Shown here piece by piece: positions 48,186 to 63,985 of a DNA stretch of 64,000 nucleotides. The notes beneath the pieces were generated by a model. It saw only the letters and a program-made list of their open reading frames with translations, was not told the DNA's origin and made no database searches. Each line of letters begins with the position of its first letter. Position 1 is the first letter of the stretch. The translations under genes and the position numbers were made by a program. Source of the DNA: Dictyostelium discoideum (taxonomy: Eukaryota); the NCBI GenBank assembly GCA_000004695.1, contig CM000151.3:5984001-6048000 (forward strand), given 5' to 3'.

Positions 48186-49382
48186 TTTATTGATTTATTT
48201 TTTATTACAATATTTATTATTTGTTTAATTTTTTATTTTTTTTATTTTTTTTTTTTTTTTTTCAAAAAATTATAAAAACAATTTTTTTATTTTGCGATTA
48301 TGGTAATTTTTTATAGTTTATAAGACAAATATAATTGAAAAAAAAGTAATCAACCTTGTCCAATTATTTTCAATTTAAGCAAAAAATAAAAAAATAAAAA
48401 AAATTAAAAAATAAAAATAAAAAAAAAAATTAATAAATTAATAAATAAATGATTATTTTTTTCATTAAAATTATTTAAATAATGTTGCAAGGTATTTAGA
48501 ATTTTTTTGTTAAAAAAAACAAAACCAATTTGGAAAAAAAGGGAATCTTAATGGTAGTGTTTATTTGAGTGTGAAATGTGTTTGGTAGTTATTTTTTTTT
48601 TTTTTTTTTTTTTAATTTTTTTTTTTTTTACATATAATTGATGCACTAAAAAACCCCCTTTGAGTGTGATTGTTTAAAAAAAAAATAAAAAAAATTTATA
48701 AAAAAATAAATTAGTTTTTACTTTTGTTAATCTTTAACAACAAGATATTATCTTTAATAATATTATTTTGACTTACTTAATATCACCACACCAATAAATA
48801 AAAAAGGAAATTAAATTGAAAAAAAATTGATATTTTAAAATTATTGGAATATGTGTTTTTTGGATTATTTGTGTGGTTAAAAAGGGGGGAGAGGGGGTAG
48901 AAATTTAACACATGGCTCACGTGCTCAATCTGGACAGTATAATTATTTTATTAAATACAATGAACACACAAATATAATGGCAAGAAGTGATGTGGATTGT
49001 CAGTTAACATTTTTTATTTTTAAATTTTTTTTTTAATATTGTTAATTATTTTGATTTGTATTTTTTTTTTACTTTTTAAACAATTTTATGTTATCCTTCT
49101 TGTTTTATTCTTTATTATTATTATTTTTTTTTTTTTTTAAGTTTGATTAAAATGATGATAAATACACTGATTTACTCATAAAGGGTTAAAATTAATTGAA
49201 AGTGTTTGTTATAAAATATAAAAAAAAAATATTAAAAAAAAAATTAAAATAAAAAAAAAGAAATCAAAAATAAAAAAAGATAAATAAATAAAAAAAATTT
49301 ATATTGCATATTTAAATTTATTGTTTTATTTTTAATTTTGTTATTTTTTATTTATATAATTTATTTTTTTCAATAAACTATT

Positions 49383-49820
49383 TTAAAACTTAATTTTTCC
49401 ACTTAAAATTGAAGAATACATTTTCATATCTCCTCTGAAAGACCAAATTGGATATTTGAAAGTTGCTGGTTTATTTTTTTCAATAAAGAAATGACCTGTA
49501 AATAAAAAAAAAAAAATAAAATAAATAAATAAAAAAAAAAAAAAAATGAATATTAGTATTTATTAATAAAAAAAACTTTATTATTAAAAAATAAATAAAT
49601 AAAAAAAATAATAATTACCAGCCCAAGCAAAACTATAACCAAAAACCAAAGCTAATAATAAATATCTGTATTGTCCAGTTAATAAAGCATAAACAATAGT
49701 TAAGAAACCTAAGGTGGTACCAACAAAGTGTAATCTTCTGTTAGTTCTGTTAGTGTGTTCCTTTAAATAGTATGGATAAAATTCTTTAAAGTTGTTATAT
49801 ACAATGAGTTCTTGTGCCAT
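49383..49820 (-). CDS. Mpo1/DUF962-like small membrane protein. Exons: 49820..49619 and 49495..49383 (intron GTAATT...TTTACAG; about 104 aa)
   Basis: Exon 1 is MAQELIVYNNFKEFYPYYLKEHTNRTNRRLHFVGTTLGFLTIVYALLTGQYRYLLLALVFGYSFAWAG. Exon 2 is HFFIEKNKPATFKYPIWSFRGDMKMYSSILSGKIKF*. The HFxxEKNxPATF...W...GD motif resembles the DUF962/Mpo1 family. The ORF-track ORF starts at a GTG that sits just after a TTTTCAG, so an additional upstream exon cannot be excluded. Confidence 0.5.
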
Positions 49821-50545
49821 TTTTGAATTACCTGTTTTAAACACTGAAAATGTTAAATAAAAATGAAAAAAAAAAAAAAAAAAAAAAATTCATTCCCAAC
49901 GATTAATTGAAAAAAAAATTAAAAAAAAATTAAAATAAATTGTTTTTTTCAATTAATCATTCCAAAAAATCAAAAAAAAAATCAAAAAATCAAAAAAAAA
50001 AAAAAAAAAAAAAATATCTACTCACTCGTCATGGTCAAAAACTTTCGAAAAGTTATTAGAACCATTAAGAATAGAAGTTTTGTGCATGTCTATGATAAAA
50101 TGGTATCAAAGATATTAATTATTAACAAAATCTATTTTTTTAAAATAAAATTATTTTTTAATAATATTATTATTTTTTTTTTTTTTTTATTTTAATTATT
50201 TTTTTTAACTTTTTTTTTTTGGTGTGACCAAATAAAAAAGAATGTTATCATCAACAATGGTAAAAAAAAAAAAAAAATATTTTTGAACAAAAATTACCAT
50301 TTCCTTTTTCGCCATAACGATAATATTTAATTTCGGAATTTGACAAAAAAAAAAAATAAAAAGAGTTCCATGAAAAAATTAATAAAAAAAAAAATAAAAT
50401 AAAAATAAAAAAAATTAAAAAAATAAAAAAAAAAATAAAATTAATTAAAAAAAAAAAAACATTAATTCTCAAATTTTTTTTTATTGTATTTTTTATTTTT
50501 TTATTTTTCAAAAAACCCAATTATTTACTCTTCACACACACATAA

Positions 50546-53716
<3,171 letters not shown>

Positions 53717-53797
53717 AAAAAATAAAAAATAAAAATAATAAAATAATAAAACAATAATAATAAAAATGATAATAAATTAATAATTTAATTTTTTTAT

Positions 53798-56206
53798 TTA
53801 AAATCTTTTTTTATTACGTGGTTTTCCAATTTTAGCTTTTAGTTCAACTTTTTTATTTTTTAATTTTCTTGGTTTTAATTTTGGTTTATATTCTTCTTTA
53901 TATTGTTCTTGTTCTTGTTCATCTTGTTCTTGTTCTTCTTGATCATGTTGTTGTTCATCTTGTTGTTGAAGTTCATCTTTATAGATTTCAGATTCTTTAA
54001 TACCTAAAAGTTTTGGTGAAATCTCTAATGATTCAATACCTTTAGCTCTAATTTGTTTAACACGTTCAATGTTTGGTTTTTGTAATGATCTAGCTTGAAT
54101 ACGCCAACATTCACCTAAAATGATTGAAGATGCTTGTGAAACGTTTAATGATTCAATTAAACCTGTACCTGGAATTGAAATTGAAACAGTTGACTTTTTA
54201 CTAATTGTTCTACTAATACCCTTTGTTTCTGAACCTAATACCAATACAATTGGTTTAAGTCCTAAAACTCTATTTGACTCATCAGAATATAATGAGATAT
54301 TCTTTGTTAATGATTTTAGTGGTTTGAATTGTTCAACGATGCCATTGTCAGCATTGTCATCAATGAGTTTATTACTTGCAGTTGTAACTACTTCCCAACC
54401 ATTTTCAACAAATTCATCTAAAACTTCAGCAGCATCTCTACGTAAATAAAGTTGAGAGATATTACAATATTCAACAGCACCACGACTGCTACGATAACTT
54501 TCAGCAGAGTATGGATTGATTGAGCCTGTTTTCTTATCAAATTCATTCACAAAGATAACAGATTCAACACCAAATAAAACAGCACTACGAATGATTGCAC
54601 CAATATTTTGAGGATTTTCAATTCCATCCAACAATAAAACCACTGGTTTTGAACCTGAACCTAATGAATTGAATTTAATTTGATTTAAAATTTTTGATTT
54701 TGAAAATTCACTAGAGAAAGAATGAACTTTATTGGTGAATGGTGAATTTGAAAGGAAATTGGCTTTTTCCATCTCTTTATCAAATAATTCTTTAGTTGGC
54801 ATACAATATTTCTTTTTTGTAACTGCACAAATACCACCATGATGAATTGTACCACTAACTTTTCTTAAAGTTTCTTCACTCTCTTCTTCATTCAATATTT
54901 TATAAGTTTTACTTGAATCTACAAAATGTTTAATCAATGCTTTCAATTCTAATTTATTATCTTTATAAAATTTACTGTCAATATATAATTTAACTAAATC
55001 TTCTGGTCTTCTTTCAAATATTGATAAAACTGATCTAATTTGTGATATATGTATTTCATTCTTTTTTTCTTCATTATAATTATTATTATTATTATTTTCT
55101 TGTTTTTCAATTTCATTTTCATTTTCATTTTCATTTTCATTTTCATTTTCATTTTCATTTTCATTATTATTATAATTATTATTATTATTATTATTATTTC
55201 TATTATAACTATTATAATTATTATTATTATTAGTATCATCAATATCTATACTACTTTTAGATTTTAATATATAATTTCTATTTTGAGTATCAGTTATTGT
55301 GGGTTTTTTATTTGGTTGGTAACTTTTTAAAGGTGGTGTTGGTAAATCTTCATTTTCAATTTTTTTATCTTCATTGGTTTTTAAATTTCTAACTCTTTTT
55401 TGACTAAATACTTTTTCACTATTTAGAGTGACAATTGGTGAAGGTTCATCATTATTTTCCAAATTTATATTTTTATAAGATTTTCTTTCTTTTGTTAACA
55501 TACTACCTAAACCCATTCTTGAAGATTTAATTGGTTCTTTATCAAAAGTTTTTAATCCATAAATTCTTTTTTGAGAATCAATAGTTTTTTCATTTTCATG
55601 TTTATTAATAGTTTTTGAAGGTTTTAATCTTGAATATCTTTTTGGAGAATCATCAATTTTTTCATTTCCATTATTATTATTATTATTACTATTATCATTT
55701 ATTGGTTTTATTGTTTTAACTCCACTTGAAGTTCTTTTTTGAGAATAAATAATTTCACGATCTACATTATTATTATTATCGTTGATTTTTTCAATTCTTG
55801 GTTTTATTGAAACTTCTGATGAAGTTCTATTTTTAGTGACTTTTTTACTTTCATTATCAACATTGTTGTTACTATTTTTTGGTTTAGTTATAACTTCACC
55901 TGAACTTCTTTGAATGTCACCTGAATTTACATTTATATCATTATTTTTATTAATGTTGTTGTTGTTGTCGTTGTTATCATTTTTTGGTTTTATAATAACT
56001 TCACTTGAATCTCTTAAATTTCTTCTACCTCCTTTAGTTGAATATGATAATGATGGAATTATTGATGTTAACGAATTAGATATTATCATTGTGGATGATA
56101 TGCTTTGATTTCTACCAATAATATTTAATACTCTGGTACCACTATTTGATAAGGATAACATTTTATTTGAGCTATTATTACACCTGTTTAATATGTTCCC
56201 AAACAT
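53798..56206 (-). CDS. SpoU/TrmH-family RNA 2'-O-ribose methyltransferase, MRM1/Pet56-like (probable mitochondrial rRNA Gm methyltransferase), with a long low-complexity N-terminal region
   Basis: The C-terminal domain has LLLDGIENPQNIGAIIRSAVLFG (motif 1), LVLGSETKGIS (motif 2) and ISIPGTGLIESLNVSQASSIILGE (motif 3). The N-terminus MFGNILNRCNNSSNKMLSLSN is presequence-like. (CATTTT)n at 55110-55166 encodes (EN)n. Confidence 0.8.
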   Translation of the reverse strand: MFGNILNRCNNSSNKMLSLSNSGTRVLNIIGRNQSISSTMIISNSLTSIIPSLSYSTKGGRRNLRDSSEVIIKPKNDNNDNNNNINKNNDINVNSGDIQRSSGEVITKPKNSNNNVDNESKKVTKNRTSSEVSIKPRIEKINDNNNNVDREIIYSQKRTSSGVKTIKPINDNSNNNNNNGNEKIDDSPKRYSRLKPSKTINKHENEKTIDSQKRIYGLKTFDKEPIKSSRMGLGSMLTKERKSYKNINLENNDEPSPIVTLNSEKVFSQKRVRNLKTNEDKKIENEDLPTPPLKSYQPNKKPTITDTQNRNYILKSKSSIDIDDTNNNNNYNSYNRNNNNNNNNYNNNENENENENENENENENEIEKQENNNNNNYNEEKKNEIHISQIRSVLSIFERRPEDLVKLYIDSKFYKDNKLELKALIKHFVDSSKTYKILNEEESEETLRKVSGTIHHGGICAVTKKKYCMPTKELFDKEMEKANFLSNSPFTNKVHSFSSEFSKSKILNQIKFNSLGSGSKPVVLLLDGIENPQNIGAIIRSAVLFGVESVIFVNEFDKKTGSINPYSAESYRSSRGAVEYCNISQLYLRRDAAEVLDEFVENGWEVVTTASNKLIDDNADNGIVEQFKPLKSLTKNISLYSDESNRVLGLKPIVLVLGSETKGISRTISKKSTVSISIPGTGLIESLNVSQASSIILGECWRIQARSLQKPNIERVKQIRAKGIESLEISPKLLGIKESEIYKDELQQQDEQQHDQEEQEQDEQEQEQYKEEYKPKLKPRKLKNKKVELKAKIGKPRNKKRF

Positions 56207-56577
56207 TGTTTTTTTTTTATTCGTTTTTTTTTTAGAATGAAAAATAAATAAAAAAAAAATGGAATTTATTTTTTTTTCGTTTTTTATTTTTTTTTTTTTT
56301 TTTTTTTTTAAAAATTTTATTTAATTATAAAAAAAATTATTGTCTAAAAAAAAAAAAAAAAAATATACCATTCTTTTTTTTTTTTTTTTTTTATATTCTA
56401 AATAATTTTTTGTATTTTTGAGTCTTCTAAATCTATATTAAAATAAATAAAATTAAAAAAATAAAAATAAAAAAATATAAATTTTCAAATCTGTTAAGAT
56501 ATTTGGAAAATTTATTGATGAAAAAAAAAAAAAAATCCCAAAATATTATTTTTATTATTTTTATTTTTTAAAAATTA

Positions 56578-57543
56578 TTAACATTTATTTGTTAAAATAT
56601 TAATTAATATAGTAATAAAAGTTGTTGTCGGAGAGGTAATGAAATTATTAATTTCATTGTTTATAAGATTACGACAATTTTCATTTTGAGTAGCAGTTTT
56701 AATTAAAGTAATAAATAAATTCCAAGTTAATGAACTTTGAGCAATATCATCAATGGCAAACATGGACATTACAACATTATTTTGATTTTTTGAAAATCTT
56801 GGAATAAATGGTGGGAAATCAAAAATTGATATCATTGATGATGGTAATGATTTACTTAATGTTGAAACTTGAGTATAGTTTGTATTAAAATTAACAACAG
56901 CAATGACATCAACAAAATGAGCCCAACCATTCCCAAATTTCTTTTCTTTCAATGGTAATAACGATAGAGTATCTTGAAAGATTTGACTAGCTTGGCCAAT
57001 ACTTCCAATGTGAGCATCCCACATTACTTTTAAAATTTTATCATCATTACCAAAACTACCATTATTTTTAATATTGATAATTTCTTGAAAGAATATATCC
57101 CACTGATGCATGATGTTTTGATCACATTCTAAATAGGTTGTACAGAATCTATTATCATCAATTTTAAATATTTCAACTTGTGGTACCAATCCATTATTCA
57201 TTGCTGATAAATATGGTATCACTGATAAATAATAATTCATATTACCCCACCATGATTTTAAATTAATATTTGTTGAATTTTGAATTTCCAATCTTCCAGA
57301 ACGATTTTGCCATTCCAATTGTAATTGTAATCCATATAAACAATTATTTAAATTATCAGTACCAAAAACTGGAATATTTGTTGAATTAATTAATGTTTTA
57401 TACAAATCAATTCTCTCTTGATAAACCCATGGATTTACTACTTTGGAAAAAATTAATGAAAAATTTAAAATTAAAATAAATAATGATAATAAATTATTTT
57501 TAATATAAATCATTTTATTATTATTATTGTTAATAATGATCAA
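56578..57543 (-). CDS. secreted hypothetical protein (signal peptide, several N-glycosylation sequons)
   Basis: 321-aa ORF. It has a hydrophobic N-terminus LLSLFILILNFSLIFS and no recognised domain. Confidence 0.45.
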   Translation of the reverse strand: MIIINNNNNKMIYIKNNLLSLFILILNFSLIFSKVVNPWVYQERIDLYKTLINSTNIPVFGTDNLNNCLYGLQLQLEWQNRSGRLEIQNSTNINLKSWWGNMNYYLSVIPYLSAMNNGLVPQVEIFKIDDNRFCTTYLECDQNIMHQWDIFFQEIINIKNNGSFGNDDKILKVMWDAHIGSIGQASQIFQDTLSLLPLKEKKFGNGWAHFVDVIAVVNFNTNYTQVSTLSKSLPSSMISIFDFPPFIPRFSKNQNNVVMSMFAIDDIAQSSLTWNLFITLIKTATQNENCRNLINNEINNFITSPTTTFITILINILTNKC

Positions 57544-57811
57544 AATGATTTTTTTTTTCTAATTTCAAACTTGTGTTTTTTTTATTATTATTTTTTTTTT
57601 TTTTTTAAATTATATTATTTTTTTTTTTTTTTTTTTTTATTTGGTATTATCATATCTCCCGTTAAAAAAAAGTAAAAAAAAAAAAAAAACCCCTACTTTG
57701 CTAATGCTGATGGTCTTATTTTTTGACCATTAACAACAAAAAAGAAAATCAATACACAAAAATCACGTGGCATCATAAAAAATGTTTTAACAACTATTAA
57801 CTTGGGTTCCG

Positions 57812-57852
<41 letters not shown>

Positions 57853-58280
57853 CAATGAAAGGTCACAAACACACTGGTGTGGTCATCTTGAAAAGTCATT
57901 CTAACTTTTTTTTTTTTTTTATAATAATTATTATTTTCATTTTCATTAATTTTATTTTTATTTTTATAACATTTAATGGTGCTTAAAAATAATAAAAAAT
58001 AAAAATAAAAACTATTGGTTTAAAACAAATTCTGTAATTTTATAATTTTTCAAACATTGTAACTTTTATTTTTATTTTTTTTTATTTTTTTTTTTTTTAT
58101 TTTTGTTTTTATTTTTTATTTTTATTTTTATTTTTATTTTTATGTTTGTTGATTTATTATTTCCAACATTTTCATGTTGCTGATATTATTATTACTTATT
58201 ATTTCTATTATTCAATATGAATAATAGTAATTTTGAATATTTTTTTTTTAGTTTTAAAAAAAAAAATATATATTTTAATA

Positions 58281-60641
58281 TTAAATAAGTGGTAATGTAT
58301 CATTATTTTTGTTATTACTTCCATCATTGGAGTGATGTTGGCTGTTATTGTTAATAATAATATTGTTGTTGTTGTTATTGTTATTACCATTATCATTATT
58401 ATTATTATCACTTTGATGAATACTATCAGTATTTATATTTATATTTAAATCTAAATCTGAATCGAAATCCAAATCTTCATCATCATCATCTTCCTCATCA
58501 TCATCGAAACGTAATGGATTAGAATCCAATTCATGATCGTGTGAGGATTGAATAACCATTTTTTCAAAGATTTCAATTGCTTCATTTGCTAAAGGTGGTA
58601 CTCTCTTTCTAAACCAAGGTTTGAAGTATTTATCATCAAATGATTCATAAAGTTTAGTTCTATCTTTTTGTTTGGTTTGCTTACTCATTGGTTTTGAAAT
58701 ATTGTCCAAAGACTGATCGGTTTGTGATGTTTTAATACCCAATACTCTTAATAAAGGATATGTACCCATACCAAACACAAAGATTGTAAACACCACAACC
58801 AATAATGTATTGGTTCTAATATATGCATTCATATGTTCATCCTCTGAAATATAATCCAAAGACAAAGAGAATGCAAATGCTCCTCTTAAACCTGCAAACC
58901 AAATAGCAACTTGAATTACCCATGGTATTTTTGTCTTTAAAAATTTATTTAATAAAAAACACATTGGAAATACTGATATTGCTCTTGCTAAACATGTAAA
59001 TAACTTAATTTTAAAAAATATATATATATATATATATAAATATTAGATAAGTATTTTAATTATTAATCTATTTATATCTATCTGTAAATATCATATGACA
59101 CACTTACAATACTCCAAGAGAATAAACCAAGATCAAATTTGAATTCATGGGCAGTTAAACTTAAACCAAAATAAAGGAATAAGAAAGTTTCAGAGATGAA
59201 AGCAGCAGTTCTAAATAATTGACCACTTGTTAACTTTGTATAGGGTGATAAACTATAGGCACCATATTGATTTAAAGTGATACCGAAAAAGAATACCGCC
59301 AATACACCAGAGATATCCAATGCACCTGCCAACACATAAGACATATATGAAAACATAACCATGAAAATGGTTTCCAATGCAGGGAATTTACCAATGTTGA
59401 TCCATTTCAAAATCAATGATAATAACAATGCCATAACTACACCCAATATTACTGAACCAATTGCAACCACTGTAAACATTGCACAACTTATAATGATATC
59501 TCTTGTACTTGTATCTTCAACAACACTATATAACATCATTGAAGTTGCATCATTTAAAATACTTTCACCTAGTACTAAAATATATAACATTGGATCAACA
59601 TTTAATGCTTGAAAAATTGCTAATGTACAAACTGGATCTGTACTACTAATAATTGATCCAAATCTATTTTTTTATAATAAAAAATCAAAAAAAAAAAAAA
59701 AAAAATATATTTATTAGCATCACATATGTTGGTGAATTGAATTGAATTGAATTGAATTGAATTGAATTGAAAATATAAAATACTTACGCAAATGAATCTT
59801 TTAATGAAAGTGCTATTGATACACCAAAGTAACCAACTATATAAATGCCAAATCCAACAACTAAAAATGTAATAATTGTACCAAATACAGCAAACATTAA
59901 AATTGGTCCAATATTATTAAAGAAATCAGTCTGAAAAAAAAAAAAAAAAAGAAATAAATTATTAATATTTATTTTTATTTTTTATTTTTTATTTTTTATT
60001 TTTTTATTTTTTTATTTTTTATTTTAAAAAATACAAACTTTATGTAAAGAATAACCAGTTTCAAAGATAATTGTTGGTAAAATGAATAAAAAGAAATTCT
60101 CTGGTTCGAAACTAACGACATGATTTACAATATCACTATAAAAGAATCTGAAAACAATACCCAATATAATTCCATATGTGACGACGGCAACTGATTCTGG
60201 TACGAATGGTATATCCAATGAAATGATGAAATAAACTATTAATACTGACCCTGTTAAAATTAACATAATAATAAAGATAATTGTATTTGCTTCACGTTGA
60301 TTTGCTAATGCATTTTGTTTGGTATTGTTTTTTTCGCCACAGCTACCACTATTACTACTACTACCGAATAATATTTCAGTACTACTACTATCTATACCAA
60401 TATCATGTATTAAATGATTTTGATTTTCTGGTGTTATTAATATTTTATTATTATCGTCGTCATCATCACCATCACCATCATTATTATTATTAATATTAAT
60501 ATTTTTGTTGTCGTTATTGCTATTATCACTATTATAATGATTATTGCTTTTTATTAATGTTGTTTTAGTCGATGAAACACTTGAGTAAAATAAAGATAAT
60601 AAAAGAACAACTATTAATATATAACTTTTGTTCAATTTCAT
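58281..60641 (-). CDS. Na+/H+ exchanger (CPA1/NHE family). Exons: 60641..60039, 59930..59788, 59663..59108, 59003..58281 (674 aa)
   Basis: Exon 1 has ...FEPENFFLFILPTIIFETGYSLHK. Exon 2 is TDFFNNIGPILMFAVFGTIITF.... Exon 3 is AFGSIISSTDPVCTLAIFQALNVDPMLYILVLGESILNDATSMMLYS.... Exon 4 is LFTCLARAISVFPMCFLLNKF...AIWFAGLRGAFAFSL..., collinear with human NHE1 (…[22 protein letters not shown]…GGLRGAIAFSL). Donors are GTTTGT, GTAAGT and GTAAGT. Frames were checked against three ORF-track ORFs. The exon 1 donor is the least canonical. Confidence 0.8.
59735..59770. repeat. (GAATT)n/(ATTGA)n pentanucleotide microsatellite inside an NHE intron
   Basis: Read directly from the sequence. Confidence 0.9.
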
Positions 60642-61300
60642 TATTATTTTTTATTTTATTTTTTTTTTTTTTTAAAAGTTTTTTTTTTTTTTTTTTTTTC
60701 GTGTAATAAATATGTATAAATTGTATGTGCGTTTTGTTAAAAATAATTATCACTTCTTGTTTTTTTTTTTATTTATTTATTTATTTATATTTTTTTTTTT
60801 TTTTTTTTTTTTTATCTATAATAATTAAAAAAATAATAAAAAAAAAAAAAAAAAAAATTTATAATTATAGTAATATTATGACATGAGAGTAAAATGAATA
60901 TTATTTGAATATCTTTGTGTGTGAAGGGTGGTGTGGATGTCTTTGAAAATTTTAAAATAAAAAAGAAAAAAAAAAAAAAAAACAAAAAACAAAAAAAACA
61001 AAAAAAAAAAAAAAAAAAATTAAACAAAGCAAAAAAAATAAAAAATAAAAAAAAAAATAAATTAAAAAAAAAATAAATAAAAAAAAGCATCTTAACTGGT
61101 AAAAGTTTGAAGTCTTTATTTCATGTCAAAAAGTACCTTTTTTTTTTTTTGTTTTTTTTTTAATTTTTTTTTAATTTTTTTTTTTTTTTTATCCTGTATA
61201 GAATCTAAATTGTAGATAAATATCTACACATCAACTTAATCTATGAAAATAGTTTTGACACTTGAGAAAATAGAAAAATATTTTTTTTTTATAAATAATT

Positions 61301-61348
<48 letters not shown>

Positions 61349-61705
61349 ATAATAATAATAATAATTAAAATTCTTATAATTATTTTTTATTCCCACCCAA
61401 GAAAAAAAAACATCATCATCATCATCATTGCTGCGACCTTTTATAAAAAGATATTTTTGCGTTTTTGTTTTTTTTTTATTTTTTTATTTTTAAATTTTTT
61501 TTTTTTTTTTTTTTTTTTCAAAACTAAATCTTTTTTTTTTATTTTTTTATTTTTTTTTTTCCTCTAAATATCCCAATTTTATTATTTATTTTTATTTATT
61601 CATTTATTTTTTTACCAACCCTTATTTATTTAATTTTTTTTTAAAATAAGAAAAAAAAAAAAAAAAAAAAAAAATAAATAAATAAATAAATAAAATTTTT
61701 AAAAG

Positions 61706-63953
61706 ATGACAATATGTCAACCAATTCCATGTGGTGGATCCTATTTTTGGAATATAGTTGAACCATATAAAAATGATGAATATGTATTTGTAATGCAAAG
61801 TTATAATGGACCATTTAGGTGGAAATCAGAAGAATATAGAATCGTTTTAATGTGTGGTCCAAATTCAAATGGCTACATTATAGCCACATCAACTTTATTT
61901 AGTGAAATCTTTTCAAATTGGGAGATTATCACAACAATTTATAAAGAAAAGATTGAAAAAACAGGTCTTAGTCATTTCTCTGACACTTTTTTAATACAAC
62001 TATATAAGAAATTAGCTAAAAAATTATCACAAGTTAATTCTCCAATCTTTACAGAAGAGGAACAAAATATTCAACCACCACCACAACCACAACTACCACC
62101 TCAACAACCACCACCACCACCTCAAATACAAGAATCACAACCAATCCAAGAACAAATTGAACAAATTATATTACCAACGACATTAGAATTTCCAAAAAGT
62201 AGAGATAATGAAGAAATTAAAATTATTAAAAAAAGAAAAATCGTGGCATTATTTAAAACATTATATAGAGTTGATGCAATGACAATTATTGAAAGGGATT
62301 ATAGTTCATCAAGTCAATGGATAGAATGGGTTGATGAGTCTACAGGAATGAGACCAATTCATGTCGCTGTCGAAAGAATGAATGTTCAATTGGTTAAATA
62401 TTTAATTGAACGTAAAGCAGATGTAAATATAAAAGATAATCAAGGTTGGTCACCATTACATTTCTCATCATTTGCTGGTAGTTTAGATATTTGTCAAATT
62501 CTATTAGATCAAGGTAATGCTGCTGTTTTAACAATTTCAAAAGATGGTACATTACCATTACATTATTTAATTAGACATTGTTATTCAATAAATGTACCAT
62601 CTTCATCATCAAATAGTAATAATAATAAAGATAATAATAATAATAATTATAAAGATAATAATAAGTTTAATAGTAATTTATCAATTAATTATAATAATGG
62701 TGGAGATTGTAATAATTTAACATTAAAACAAAAACAGGAAAGTAATAATAAATTATTTTCAATTTTATCATTATTACTTAGTAAAGGTACACCAATAAAT
62801 GCAAAAACTATACGTGGTGAAACTGCATTACATCGTGCATGTTATTATGGTTCAGCACAGTCTGTTAAATTTTTACATCAAAATGGTGCAGATGTAAATG
62901 TTCAAAATTCACGTGGTGAAACACCACTTTATTTCGCAGTTGTAAGTCGTCAACGTGAGATTGTAAAACTTTTAATCGAATATGGTAGTGATGTTAATAT
63001 TGGTGGTGAACGTTCTGCTTTAAAAGCTGCTGATAAAACAAACCAAAATGAAATTTATTATTTTTTAGCTGGTTTTTCTGATGAAAAATCTGTATCTGAT
63101 TCAAAAAGAGATTATTATAATAATAATGATGAAAATGATAGCAATAATAATAATAATAATTATAATGATGAAAATGATAATATTCATAGACATAATCAAA
63201 ATAATCAAGGTAATAATCAAAATCATTCAATGGATTGTTGTTCAAAGATTGAAAATGGTCAAGAATGTAGTTGTGGTGATTTAAGTAATACAGCACATCC
63301 ATTCTATCCACATGTTTTCGTTTTCATTGATTTTCCTGCTGGTACAACTCATTGCTCCTATTGTAAATACTTATTATGGGGTATTAGAAAACAAGGTTTC
63401 CAATGTGAAGTTTGCTCATACATTGTTCATTCAAGATGTAAAAGACAAGCAACATTAACAAATACTTGTGGTATACCTGATTCAAAAGAAACTATTTCTT
63501 CTTCAGTTGTAAATGATTTCTTAACAAAATCAAGAGACCAAAATATTAATAATAATAATGAGGAAGAAGGTGTAGAAGTAGTAGAAGAAGATCATCATCA
63601 TAATAACATCAATAATAACATCAATAATAATAATAAAAGATCACCACAAAGAAAACAAACAATAAGACAACCATTACATAAACAAAATATTAATAGAAAA
63701 AGATTAGAAAGTTTATATAATCATTTCATAACATTGGATAAAGAAAAGAAAGGTTCAATTTTAAAAAAAGATTTTGAAAAATGTTTAGGTCCAATCATTA
63801 ATAGCTCAGAATCATTATCAAATGCTTTATTTTTAGGTTTTAATCCAAAAAAACATGATAAAATGAGTTATGTTGAATTTTTAACTGGTGTTTCTGTATT
63901 ACAAAATTCAACTTTTGATAAACAAATTCAATGTAATTTATATAATTTTTATG

Positions 63954-63981
<28 letters not shown>
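61706..63981 (+). CDS. Ankyrin-repeat + C1 (phorbol-ester/DAG-type zinc finger) + C-terminal EF-hand-like protein, 3'-partial (continues beyond window)
   Basis: ANK repeats are present (…GMRPIHVAVERMNVQLVKYLIERKADVNIKDNQGWSPLHFSSFAGSLDICQILLDQG… ; …GETALHRACYYGSAQSVKFLHQNGADVNVQNSRGETPLYFAV…). The C1 is HPFYPHVFVFIDFPAGTTHCSYCKYLLWGIRKQGFQCEVCSYIVHSRC. An EF-hand-like DKEKKGSILKKDFEKCL is present. The ORF runs into a poly-A tract followed by GTAATT near 63982, a probable donor. Confidence 0.65.
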
Positions 63982-63985
<4 letters not shown>

